DNA from: an uncultured Candidatus Saccharibacteria bacterium
GTDB taxonomy: Bacteria > Patescibacteriota > Saccharimonadia > Saccharimonadales > Saccharimonadaceae
Reading direction: 5' to 3'
NCBI GenBank assembly: GCA_937990725.1
Contig: CALKQS010000008.1
Location: forward strand, 79,217-143,216
DNA length: 64,000 bases
Shown here: piece after piece, positions 27,140 through 35,381 of the stretch
Layout of the letters: every line of letters starts with the position of its first letter
Numbering within the stretch: the stretch's first letter is position 1
Program-made: the position numbers and the translations under genes
Notes under the pieces: model-generated
Database searches by the model: none
The model's input: the letters and a program-made list of their open reading frames with translations, nothing else
Told to the model about the DNA's origin: nothing

Positions 27140-27663
27140 TGCGCGCAGCAGATACTGCATATCCAGTCGAAAAACATGTGGCGTCAGTCAGTCTGGTCTT
27201 TGATGATGAGCAAAACGCGTATCTTCGCGAGTTGTCAGAAACAATGAACCTTGACTTTGGTGAGTTTATCCCACACGTGACATTGATTAACGTGACTGAG
27301 CGGGATATGCCACGTCTCAAAGCAGCCGCTGCGGCGCTACCCGTCCTCGATAAGTTGGTGCTTGATGGAGTTAATTTCCTGCCAGATAAAGCGGGCAACT
27401 GTGTTTGGGTGGAGCTGCGCACGCAGAAAACTGCATGGATGGTTGAGGCGCGCCAGCAATTACTCGCGGCACTGGATGGTATTCATCCGGGGCTGGATGT
27501 CGATGGCTTCCGCCCGCACATCACGCTTGGTTGCGTCGAGGCCGGTACGCTTGACGACGTTAATACGAGCGCTATTCCAGGGCAACTACCGGTCATCACC
27601 GAGCCGCGTGCTGCTGCTTGCTACAACGGCGTGCATGGCAAGGTGGTCGAGGTAGTCGAGTAG
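27139..27663 (+). CDS. 2H phosphoesterase superfamily protein (LigT/2'-5' RNA ligase-like)
   Basis: Two H-x-T-x motifs (PHVTL and PHITLG) at the expected spacing. The ATG overlaps the recA stop (TAATG). Confidence 0.65.
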   Translation: MRAADTAYPVEKHVASVSLVFDDEQNAYLRELSETMNLDFGEFIPHVTLINVTERDMPRLKAAAAALPVLDKLVLDGVNFLPDKAGNCVWVELRTQKTAWMVEARQQLLAALDGIHPGLDVDGFRPHITLGCVEAGTLDDVNTSAIPGQLPVITEPRAAACYNGVHGKVVEVVE

Positions 27664-27696
27664 CCTCTGCCAGTAGCGAGCTCACTGTTTTCGCGT

Positions 27697-27702
27697 TATA
27701 AT
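27697..27702 (+). promoter_or_regulatory. -10 box TATAAT, 6 nt upstream of ATG 27709 (leaderless-type)
   Basis: TATAAT, gap attttt, then ATG. Confidence 0.5.
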
Positions 27703-27708
27703 ATTTTT

Positions 27709-28221
27709 ATGAAAATCACTGACATCTCTCTTCAGGCGCGCAACAATAATCGAGTGAATGTCAGTATTGATGGCGTATACAGCTTCAGTTTGGACATCGC
27801 TCAGGTGACTGACTTAAATCTTAAGGTCGGCCGTGAATTGAGTGATGGGGAGTTGGAAGAGCTGCAAGAAGAGAGCCAATTTGGCAAGCTGTATATGCGA
27901 GCACTTGCATATTGCTTGCGGCGACCACATTCAGTTAAGGAAGTCAGGGATTATCTATGGCGAAAAACCCAGCCAGCGCTTCGTAAGAAACAAACGGGTA
28001 TTGATAATCCTGTGGTCTATTCAGAGCGGGTGGCGTCGCGAGTGCTGAGTAAGCTCCAGCAGAAAGCATATGTTAATGACGAAGCGTTTGCGCGGTGGTG
28101 GGTGGAAAATCGTCAGCTCAGCAAAGGCGTAAGTCGGCGTAAATTGACGGCTGAGCTGACTCGCCTAGTGCAGCACATGCGAAAAGTAGTAACTGATATA
28201 AAGAACAACACACAGGAGTAA
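27709..28221 (+). CDS. recX: RecX-like regulatory protein, short paralogue (third helical repeat replaced)
   Basis: Roughly half of positions match by eye with the 223-aa RecX at 30107 over about 150 aa (RVNVSIDGVYSFSLD, FGKLYMRAL, DEAFARWWVENR, KGVSRRKL). After RRKLTAEL it diverges and ends early. Confidence 0.7.
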   Translation: MKITDISLQARNNNRVNVSIDGVYSFSLDIAQVTDLNLKVGRELSDGELEELQEESQFGKLYMRALAYCLRRPHSVKEVRDYLWRKTQPALRKKQTGIDNPVVYSERVASRVLSKLQQKAYVNDEAFARWWVENRQLSKGVSRRKLTAELTRLVQHMRKVVTDIKNNTQE

Positions 28222-28773
28222 GTGATGCATAATGATCTATGGCAGAGTTATCGCCCAAATGGAGTGCCAAAACAGGGCGAAGGCCTTACCCGCAAAGATT
28301 TGACCAAGGATACTATTGTCGCGGCAGCGCATGTTTGGTTGTGGCGGCGTAACAGTAATGGTGGGTGTGATGTGCTGCTCCAGCGCCGGGCTGATCAGGT
28401 CAAAAACTGGCCAGGCTATTGGGATATTTCGGCAGCGGGGCACGTGAGCCTTGGCGAGACACCACTCGATGCGGCACTGCGTGAGGCTCAAGAAGAGATT
28501 GGTATGACGCTTGATACTTCTCGAGTGAAGTTTATTGGAAGTTTACCAAAGCGCAAATCAGCATATAGCGAGTTTCACTTTGTTTATACTTATGAATATC
28601 ACGATGAGTTGCTTGATATGGTCGATGGTGAAGCAGCGGCACTACGCTGGGTGCCGTATGACACATTCCGTCAGATGATCGAGCAGCCAGAAGATGCGAT
28701 GCTTGTGCCGCATCGGCCACTCTATTTTGCACTATTAATGGAAGAACTAGGACGAATATCGCGCGAGTCATAA
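28222..28773 (+). CDS. NUDIX hydrolase
   Basis: Complete Nudix box GHVSLGETPLDAALREAQEEIGM. The start is GTG 28222 or the adjacent ATG 28225. Confidence 0.85.
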   Translation: MMHNDLWQSYRPNGVPKQGEGLTRKDLTKDTIVAAAHVWLWRRNSNGGCDVLLQRRADQVKNWPGYWDISAAGHVSLGETPLDAALREAQEEIGMTLDTSRVKFIGSLPKRKSAYSEFHFVYTYEYHDELLDMVDGEAAALRWVPYDTFRQMIEQPEDAMLVPHRPLYFALLMEELGRISRES

Positions 28774-28841
28774 AATAGGGGTAGAGACCAAAGACCAAGG
28801 CAACGAGTCTAGAGTCTACACCAGAGGAGCAAAAATAAAGC

Positions 28842-29459
28842 ATGGATATCGAAAACCACTACAGAAACGACACTCCGTTTACCCGGGCAATCATCCTCCA
28901 TGGGCGGCGAAGCTTTGACAAATATCATAACCCTACGGTTGATAGTACAAGCAACTCTCATTGGCTGCCTTGGCTCCAGCAACAACTCTTGATACGTGGG
29001 ATACTAACGCAAACACCCGAGATGCCTCGCCCATACGAGCCACGCTATGAGGTGTGGCGCCAAGAATTTACCCATCTGCCAGTGGATGAGCGTACGCTGC
29101 TAGTGGGCCATAGTTGTGGTGGTGGTTTTTTGCTTCGTTGGTTGAGTGAGGGAAATTACCGTGTTGGCCGGGTCGTACTGGTGGCACCGTGGCTGGATGT
29201 TGAGGGAGAGGCAGGAGATTTCTTTCGCTTTGCGCTCGACCGCCAGATAGACCGCAAAGCAGTGCACGGCATTGATGTGCTCTACTCTACCGACGACTAC
29301 CCACATCTACAAAGCTCCACAGCAAAAATCCGCTGTGAGCTACCCCAGCTACGCTACCATCGATTTGTCGACCATGGTCACTTCACCTTCAGTGCAATGC
29401 AGACGCGAGCGTTTCCAGAGCTGGTAGAGATTTGCTTAAGAGAGGAGAATAATAAATGA
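28842..29459 (+). CDS. alpha/beta serine hydrolase, RBBP9/YdeN-like
   Basis: Nucleophile elbow LVGHSCGG, a late D and a DHGHF histidine. SD AGGAG upstream. Confidence 0.6.
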   Translation: MDIENHYRNDTPFTRAIILHGRRSFDKYHNPTVDSTSNSHWLPWLQQQLLIRGILTQTPEMPRPYEPRYEVWRQEFTHLPVDERTLLVGHSCGGGFLLRWLSEGNYRVGRVVLVAPWLDVEGEAGDFFRFALDRQIDRKAVHGIDVLYSTDDYPHLQSSTAKIRCELPQLRYHRFVDHGHFTFSAMQTRAFPELVEICLREENNK

Positions 29460-30028
29460 AAATTGTAATGATTCATGGTAACGGAGGCGGTGTTGGTGAT
29501 GATGTGTGGAAGCCTTGGCTCAAGGCAGAGCTAGAGGCTCGAGGTCATATGGTCTTGAGCCCGACTTTTCCTGATAATTATGAAGCAAAAGCTTCAGTCT
29601 GGCTGCCGTACCTCCGTGACGAGTTTAATGTGGACGAAGACGTTGTTTTAATTGGGCATAGCTCGGGGGCGGTTGCAGCGATGCGATATGCAGAGAAGTA
29701 TCGGGTTCGGGGTAGTTTTCTGATTGGTGCTTGCTACACCGATCTCGGTGATCCAAATGAAAGGGTCTCTGGATATTATGATACACCATGGCAGTGGGAG
29801 AAGATTCGCAGCAATCAACAGTTCATCGTATTGTTTGCATCGTCCGATGATCCATGGATACCAATCCATCAGCCACGTCATATAGCGCAAAGTCTCCAAT
29901 GTGAATACCATGAGTATACTGACAAAGGGCACTTCATCCCTCACGAGAGCGCAAATGAGAATGAGTGGAAGAAGTTCCCAGAACTCCTCCAAATCATCAC
30001 AAACCATATCGCAGATGAGTCACTATAA
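29456..30028 (+). CDS. alpha/beta serine hydrolase, RBBP9/YdeN-like (tandem paralogue)
   Basis: MKIVMIHGNGGG, LIGHSSGA, DKGHF. 4-nt ATGA overlap with the previous gene. Confidence 0.65.
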   Translation: MKIVMIHGNGGGVGDDVWKPWLKAELEARGHMVLSPTFPDNYEAKASVWLPYLRDEFNVDEDVVLIGHSSGAVAAMRYAEKYRVRGSFLIGACYTDLGDPNERVSGYYDTPWQWEKIRSNQQFIVLFASSDDPWIPIHQPRHIAQSLQCEYHEYTDKGHFIPHESANENEWKKFPELLQIITNHIADESL

Positions 30029-30094
30029 TAGATTTTAAGTGATCATTGAATTTGTATATTTTCACGATCGAGTGACATAGCACGCTGCACTCAG

Positions 30095-30100
30095 TATAAT
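30095..30100 (+). promoter_or_regulatory. -10 box TATAAT, 6 nt upstream of ATG 30107 (leaderless-type)
   Basis: TATAAT, gap aaatat, then ATG. Confidence 0.5.
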
Positions 30101-30106
30101 AAATAT

Positions 30107-30778
30107 ATGCCAACAGAAAAAACCTACACCATCACTGCGCTTACTGCACAGGTGCGGAGCGCCGATCGGGTGAATGTATTTATCGACGGCACGTATGATT
30201 TTAGCCTTGATGTGGCGCAGGTGGTGGATTGTGGTGTGAAGGTTGGGCGGGTGCTGACTGAGGCCGAGCTGACTGAACTGCGCCGTGAGGGAGAGTTTGG
30301 TAAGCTCTACGCGCGGGCGCTCGAGTACACCCTTATGTGGCCGCACAGTGCGCGTGAAATCCGTGACTATCTCCAGCGCAAAACACTGCCACGCAAATAT
30401 AAACAACGCAAAACTGGCACGCTGGTTGAGAAGCCTGGTGCTTCCCTAGCGGTTGTGCAACGGGTGTTTGCGCGTCTTAGGCAGCGTGGTCATATCGATG
30501 ATGAGGCATTTGCCCAGTGGTGGGTGGAGAATCGCCACCAGAGTAAGGGTGTGTCGCGCCGCAAGCTGGAGGCAGAGCTACGTGCTAAGGGCGTTGCACC
30601 GGACGTGATAAACCAAGCATTAGCGCAGTCGAGGCGGACTGATGAAAACGAGCTAGCGAAGGTGATTGCCAAAAAGCGCCCCCGCTACCCAGACGAGCAA
30701 AAGCTTATCGCGTATCTTTTGCGCCAAGGCTTTGCCTATGATGATATCCGAGCCGCTTTGGCGGGTGATGAATACTGA
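30107..30778 (+). CDS. recX: recombination regulator RecX (full length)
   Basis: 223 aa with three helical repeats. Conserved RVNVFIDG, FGKLYARALEY, WWVENR and LLRQGFAYDDI. Confidence 0.85.
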   Translation: MPTEKTYTITALTAQVRSADRVNVFIDGTYDFSLDVAQVVDCGVKVGRVLTEAELTELRREGEFGKLYARALEYTLMWPHSAREIRDYLQRKTLPRKYKQRKTGTLVEKPGASLAVVQRVFARLRQRGHIDDEAFAQWWVENRHQSKGVSRRKLEAELRAKGVAPDVINQALAQSRRTDENELAKVIAKKRPRYPDEQKLIAYLLRQGFAYDDIRAALAGDEY

Positions 30779-30783
30779 TTGTG

Positions 30784-31386
30784 TTAGCGACGCTCGTCGC
30801 TCTTGATTGACTCTCGGGCTTGCGATGGCTTACGGAAGGGGTTGACGTATTCGCCACTACTCATGGCCGGTTGGGTGGCCTTTTGCTCGGGCTTTTTGGT
30901 CTCAGCCTGCGACTGGACGATGATAGCGTCGTTATTGATCTCAATAATCTGTGACCGATGGATAACCAGCTCAGCATCATTGAGGCGGTGGAGCCACGAG
31001 CGCCGGACGATGAGCTGCTGGATGACAAAATTACCTGTCTCGATCGTATAGTCGCTAATCTTACCGAGGCGTCGCCCGCGCTTGTCTTGGACGGGCATGC
31101 CCAAGAGGTGAAACTTGAGCTCGTAGAGGCGCTGGATCTTTATGACGTCGGTGGGGGTGATGAGTTCGTCGACGGAGTCGATGATCATGCCGAGTTCACT
31201 CATCTCACGTACATCAGCGAGGCGGAGCAGCATGGTTGTATCGTTAGCGAATGAGCCATCTACGGTGTAGGCAACGATGGTTAAGGTTGCTGGATCGACA
31301 AGCGGCTGGGCGAGGCTGCCAACTTTGCCGCCCATTTGTAAGCTCATCACGGGATAGTTGGCGAGTGCAGATCCGAGCAGTATCAT
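30784..31386 (-). CDS. PRC-barrel domain protein (two PRC-like modules), last gene of the pilus operon
   Basis: The YPVMSLQMGGKVGSL...VDG and GMPVQDKRGRRLGKISDYTIE..G blocks resemble PRC-barrel repeats. Start ATG 31386 is chosen because TGCTATACT lies 6 nt upstream. Confidence 0.5.
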   Translation of the reverse strand: MILLGSALANYPVMSLQMGGKVGSLAQPLVDPATLTIVAYTVDGSFANDTTMLLRLADVREMSELGMIIDSVDELITPTDVIKIQRLYELKFHLLGMPVQDKRGRRLGKISDYTIETGNFVIQQLIVRRSWLHRLNDAELVIHRSQIIEINNDAIIVQSQAETKKPEQKATQPAMSSGEYVNPFRKPSQARESIKSDERR

Positions 31387-31392
31387 ATGTGT

Positions 31393-31401
31393 AGTATAGC
31401 A
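31393..31401 (-). promoter_or_regulatory. extended -10 TGcTATACT, 6 nt upstream of ATG 31386 (leaderless-type internal promoter)
   Basis: The minus strand reads TGCTATACT-acacat-ATG. Confidence 0.5.
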
Positions 31402-31440
31402 TTGCGCCGCAAAAAGCTCCACTAGCGGCTGCGCAAAATG

Positions 31441-31725
31441 TTACTCAACAAATGGGTTACGCGAGCTAATTGGCAGCTGGCTGGCGCTTTGGTCCGATTC
31501 ACTGGCGGTTTTGAGTTGCTCGATTTTTTTGATGGTGGTTTGGTCGATGCCATTGGTAGGCTGGGGCGGAGCAGCCTCTGACGCTTTGGAGATGGTGGTG
31601 TTGAGCAAGAAGGTAGTAACCGCTAGGCCGCCAAAGGCGATAATGACGAAGAGAATAATGTGGTAGCGGTGAAGAAATTTACTACTGGCGCGCCCAAGCG
31701 CGGCGAGTGAGAGATCGCTGTTCAT
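31441..31725 (-). CDS. small single-pass membrane protein of the pilus operon (PilP-position accessory)
   Basis: 94 aa with one TM helix. 4-nt overlap with the pilO-like gene. No family recognised. Confidence 0.45.
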   Translation of the reverse strand: MNSDLSLAALGRASSKFLHRYHIILFVIIAFGGLAVTTFLLNTTISKASEAAPPQPTNGIDQTTIKKIEQLKTASESDQSASQLPISSRNPFVE

Positions 31726-32351
31726 GATCGGAGATATACCTCGATGGTTAATGTGTTACTAGTAATACTATCGGGTGGCTGGCCCTGAGCGGTGCTGCGC
31801 GAGAGGTCAACATTGGCTATGCGCATCTTTGTCAGGCTTTGCTCGACAAGATACATGAAGGTAAGAAGCTTGCGATACTCGACGGGGTTCTTGACGGTAA
31901 CAGAGGCGGTGGTGGCTTTGAGCCCGGCAATCGCAGGGAGGGATGTGCCCGTCTTGCTGCTGCTTGATGAACTACTCGATGAGCCGCCCTTGGCGTTGTC
32001 ATCGGCAAAGGTGATGTCTGAGATAGTAATGCCAGCCTTGCGGGCAAAGTCGTTGAGGTCGTTGATGATCTGATCTTGATATTGGTAGCTTTTGCTCTCG
32101 GCAGCGATCTTGGAGGCGCGCTCGACGGCATGATGCTGCGTTTTGAGCATTTTCTCGGTCTGGGAGAGCTCTTGCAGCTCCGACTCACTAGCGGCAGCTT
32201 GCGAGGCGACAGTGCTGGCATCGGCCGCAAAGCCATCAAGCCAGTTGTAGGCCAGGGCAAAGCCACCAGCTCCAATTGCAGTAATGACCACCAGCGATAC
32301 AGCGAGGATAATCCGGAGGTTTGTCGCCGTTAGGGTAAATTTTTTACTCAT
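31722..32351 (-). CDS. pilO: PilO-like type IV pilus alignment protein
   Basis: N-terminal TM helix, coiled-coil region and C-terminal ferredoxin-like part. Its position is directly after pilN. A poly-Ser linker is present (SSSSSSSSS). Confidence 0.55.
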   Translation of the reverse strand: MSKKFTLTATNLRIILAVSLVVITAIGAGGFALAYNWLDGFAADASTVASQAAASESELQELSQTEKMLKTQHHAVERASKIAAESKSYQYQDQIINDLNDFARKAGITISDITFADDNAKGGSSSSSSSSSKTGTSLPAIAGLKATTASVTVKNPVEYRKLLTFMYLVEQSLTKMRIANVDLSRSTAQGQPPDSITSNTLTIEVYLRS

Positions 32352-32914
32352 TATTGGCCGATTCCTTTCTTGAATGTGACACTGTAGGTTGAGGTGTAGG
32401 GATAACTACCAGCGTCTTTGTCTTGCAGTGTGATGGATTGGAAGCTGACGCTGGAGAAGATGGCGGAGTCATTGAGGCGGTTGCGCAGAGCAATGGCATC
32501 GTTGTAGCCTTTGGCACGAATGCTCAGCGTGGTGGGGGTGCCAAAGGTAGTTGGGTCAATATTAAGCTGTTCGATGATAACGTTGGGCGGAAGGCGATCG
32601 GCAATGAGCTTGATGAGGCGGGTGTACGATACTTGTTGGTCGAGGATGGCCTTGGCAGTAGTGAGGTTGGCCTTGAATTCAGTAGCTTCGCGCTTGACGG
32701 TGGCGTACTCAGCAGTTTTGTTGTGGTTGCGCTCTACGGCGGCTTCGTTGCGGCCACGCTCGGTTGCGATGAAAAAGTACACACCGCCGATTTCAGCCAA
32801 AACGACAAATACCAAGACAAAGAGTAGCACGACATAGCGGCGCAGCAAGGTGTTGGTGCGGCTCGCAGCGAGTTGCTTTTTATACGCTGGTGGCAATAGA
32901 TTAATCATTTCCAA
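32351..32914 (-). CDS. pilN: PilN-like fimbrial assembly protein
   Basis: The MEMINLLPPAYKKQ N-terminus (the PilM-binding INLLP motif), a single TM helix and a coiled coil. Confidence 0.7.
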   Translation of the reverse strand: MEMINLLPPAYKKQLAASRTNTLLRRYVVLLFVLVFVVLAEIGGVYFFIATERGRNEAAVERNHNKTAEYATVKREATEFKANLTTAKAILDQQVSYTRLIKLIADRLPPNVIIEQLNIDPTTFGTPTTLSIRAKGYNDAIALRNRLNDSAIFSSVSFQSITLQDKDAGSYPYTSTYSVTFKKGIGQ

Positions 32915-33963
32915 ATCTCCCCACTACTAAGGCTGGCCAGGCCTGCAACACTGATATACCGTGGCCGAAACTGCTTTTGGGGCTGCTGAAGCTTGCCAAA
33001 GTCGAGCTTTTGCCATGGATTGACGACGCGCACTGGCATGACGAGGTCGTTGGTGAAGAAGTCACCCATGCCTGGTACATTGCTACCACCACCGACGATG
33101 ACGATCTGCTCGATCTTACGCTCATCACCAATCCGGTCGTTGTAATAGCGGATCACCTTGCGGATCTCGGTGCTGATGCGTTTGAGGCTTGGTTTGAGTG
33201 CCTCGGTAATGCCAGCTTGGCGTGGCCCAGGCGAGAGGCCATTGAGCACCTTGAGCTGGTGAGCATTCTCGAGTGTGATGTTGAGATGCTTCGAGATGTC
33301 GATGGTGAAGGTGTTGCCGCCAATTGCCACTCCACCAGTAAGGCGGACGGCGCTTTTATCTAGCACAGCGATATCGGTACTCGCTGGGCCAATATCGACG
33401 ACGAGCGTGAGAAGGTTGCCAGCATCAGCGCTGTCGAGCACGCGCGCAATAGCGTTGATATTAGGTTCAACAACCACTGGCACGAGTCCCACTGCCTCGG
33501 CTGCTTGCAAACAGGCGTCGACTAGCTGCTTGGGCACAGCTGACATCACAACGTTGAGCTGCTCTTTGGTGTGCTCGATCACTTCATAATCAACGTAAAG
33601 TGAATCGAGCGGCAAGGGGATATACTGATCGACCTCTACCTGGATAGCGCCATCGAGGTGCGCTGCTTCTTTGGCTGGGATCATGAAGGTGCGCGAGTAG
33701 GTGCGACTAGTCGGCACGCCAATCACCACGTGGTCGCTACCGAGGTTGCCAATCAGATGCTCGTTGATGAGCGAGCTGAGGCGCTCGGCTAGGTAGGAAT
33801 CATCAGGATTGTCGAGCGACGTCTGGACTTCCTTGGGGTCGAGGTCGAGCGAACCATAGCCCAGTACGAGCCAGCGCTTGGGGTCGATTGACATGATCTT
33901 GATGCCCGTCTGGCTAATATCCAGACCAATAATTGGTTTGTCGCGATAAAATAACTTTGCCAT
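32905..33963 (-). CDS. pilM: type IV pilus assembly protein PilM (actin-like ATPase fold)
   Basis: GLDISQTGIKIM, DIGPASTDIAV and IVGGGSNVPGM blocks of the PilM/FtsA-like fold. Confidence 0.85.
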   Translation of the reverse strand: MAKLFYRDKPIIGLDISQTGIKIMSIDPKRWLVLGYGSLDLDPKEVQTSLDNPDDSYLAERLSSLINEHLIGNLGSDHVVIGVPTSRTYSRTFMIPAKEAAHLDGAIQVEVDQYIPLPLDSLYVDYEVIEHTKEQLNVVMSAVPKQLVDACLQAAEAVGLVPVVVEPNINAIARVLDSADAGNLLTLVVDIGPASTDIAVLDKSAVRLTGGVAIGGNTFTIDISKHLNITLENAHQLKVLNGLSPGPRQAGITEALKPSLKRISTEIRKVIRYYNDRIGDERKIEQIVIVGGGSNVPGMGDFFTNDLVMPVRVVNPWQKLDFGKLQQPQKQFRPRYISVAGLASLSSGEIWK

Positions 33964-34162
33964 GATACGTTCGTTTCCGTCATTATAGCATAAGCGATAT
34001 GATAAACGCTAGCGTTTTAAGGAGGATTGTCATGGATCGGTAGACTGTTGTTCGTGGTGTGATAATGGCAAAAAGACAGGTCGCTGGCCAGTGGCAGATC
34101 ACGCTATCGGATAAAGAGCTGATGCGTGGTTGAAACGCTGACGGAGAATAGGGAATCCAGCC

Positions 34163-35380
34163 TTACTTAATCTGATTTGCCATATTCGAGATTGGCAACA
34201 TCACCGAGGCAGCAATAAGCCCGACCATGCCGCCCATGATGACGATCATGACGGGCTCGATGATAGAGCTGATGCCATCGATCGCGACGTCCACTTCCTC
34301 TTCATAATAATCTGCCACCTTCACCAGCACGGTGTCGGTTTGGCCGGTCTCTTCGCCAACAGAGAGCATTTGCGCCACGATGGGTGGAAATAATGGATTT
34401 TTTTCGATGATGCTCGAGAGGTTGCGCCCATTCTTGACTTGCTCGGCCGCATCATTGAGAGCATTTTCGTAGACTTTGTTGCCCACCGCTCGGGCAGTCA
34501 CGCGGAGGGATTCGAGCACTGCTACCCCCGATCCCATCAACGCCGAAAAGGTGCGGGCAAAGCGGGCAACGGCGATCTTGGTGATGATATCATTGATCTT
34601 GGGTATCTTGAGAATAATGGTGTGGAGCCAGAGTTTGCCTGCTGGTGTCTTGATATAGCGGCGGAAGAAGTATACCCCCGCACCGAGCGCAGCGATGATA
34701 AAGATCCCATACTGGATGATAAATGCGCTCAGCCCGAGCATAAACTCGGTAATGGCGGGTAGCTTGGCGTCCGGCCCACCAAGGCCGCGCACAATGCTAC
34801 CGATTTGCGGAATAACAAAGACCATCAAGCCAAAAAAGGCGGCAATGGTGATAACGATGAGCACGGTGGGGTATGTCATGGCGCTTTTGATTTTTTTGCG
34901 CATACTGGCATTCTTTTCTTGTTGCATGGCCAGACGCTTGAGGATGTCATCCAGGATGCCAGCCGCCTCACCCGCGCGCACCATGTTGATAAAAACGGTG
35001 TTGAAGGTTTCTGGGTGCTTTTCGAGTGCGTCGGCCAGTGCCATACCGCCCTCGACATCGCGCAGCAGGTCGCCCGTCACCATTTGGAGGGCTTTGCTGC
35101 TGGTGTGGTCGTGCAGTGAGCCCATGGCGCGCAGCAGCGGCACACCAGCCGACACCATAGCGCTAAGTTGACGGGTGAACATCACCAAGTCTTCACTCTT
35201 GACCTTGTTGCCACCAAAGAGAGCAAAGCTGGTGCGCTTTGGCTTGACTTCCTCAGCACTAATCGGTCGCAGACCTTGACGGCTCAGGCTGGCTAGGGCA
35301 CTGGCACGATCGGGGGCGTCGATCGTTCCATTGATGGAGTCGTTTTTGTTCGTGATGGCGATGTAGCGAAATTGTGGCAT
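34163..35380 (-). CDS. pilC: type IV pilus platform protein PilC (GspF family)
   Basis: 405 aa with two T2SSF repeats and three TM segments. Typical FTRQLS.M..AG.PL and GEE(T)G motifs. Confidence 0.9.
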   Translation of the reverse strand: MPQFRYIAITNKNDSINGTIDAPDRASALASLSRQGLRPISAEEVKPKRTSFALFGGNKVKSEDLVMFTRQLSAMVSAGVPLLRAMGSLHDHTSSKALQMVTGDLLRDVEGGMALADALEKHPETFNTVFINMVRAGEAAGILDDILKRLAMQQEKNASMRKKIKSAMTYPTVLIVITIAAFFGLMVFVIPQIGSIVRGLGGPDAKLPAITEFMLGLSAFIIQYGIFIIAALGAGVYFFRRYIKTPAGKLWLHTIILKIPKINDIITKIAVARFARTFSALMGSGVAVLESLRVTARAVGNKVYENALNDAAEQVKNGRNLSSIIEKNPLFPPIVAQMLSVGEETGQTDTVLVKVADYYEEEVDVAIDGISSIIEPVMIVIMGGMVGLIAASVMLPISNMANQIK

Positions 35381-35381
35381 G

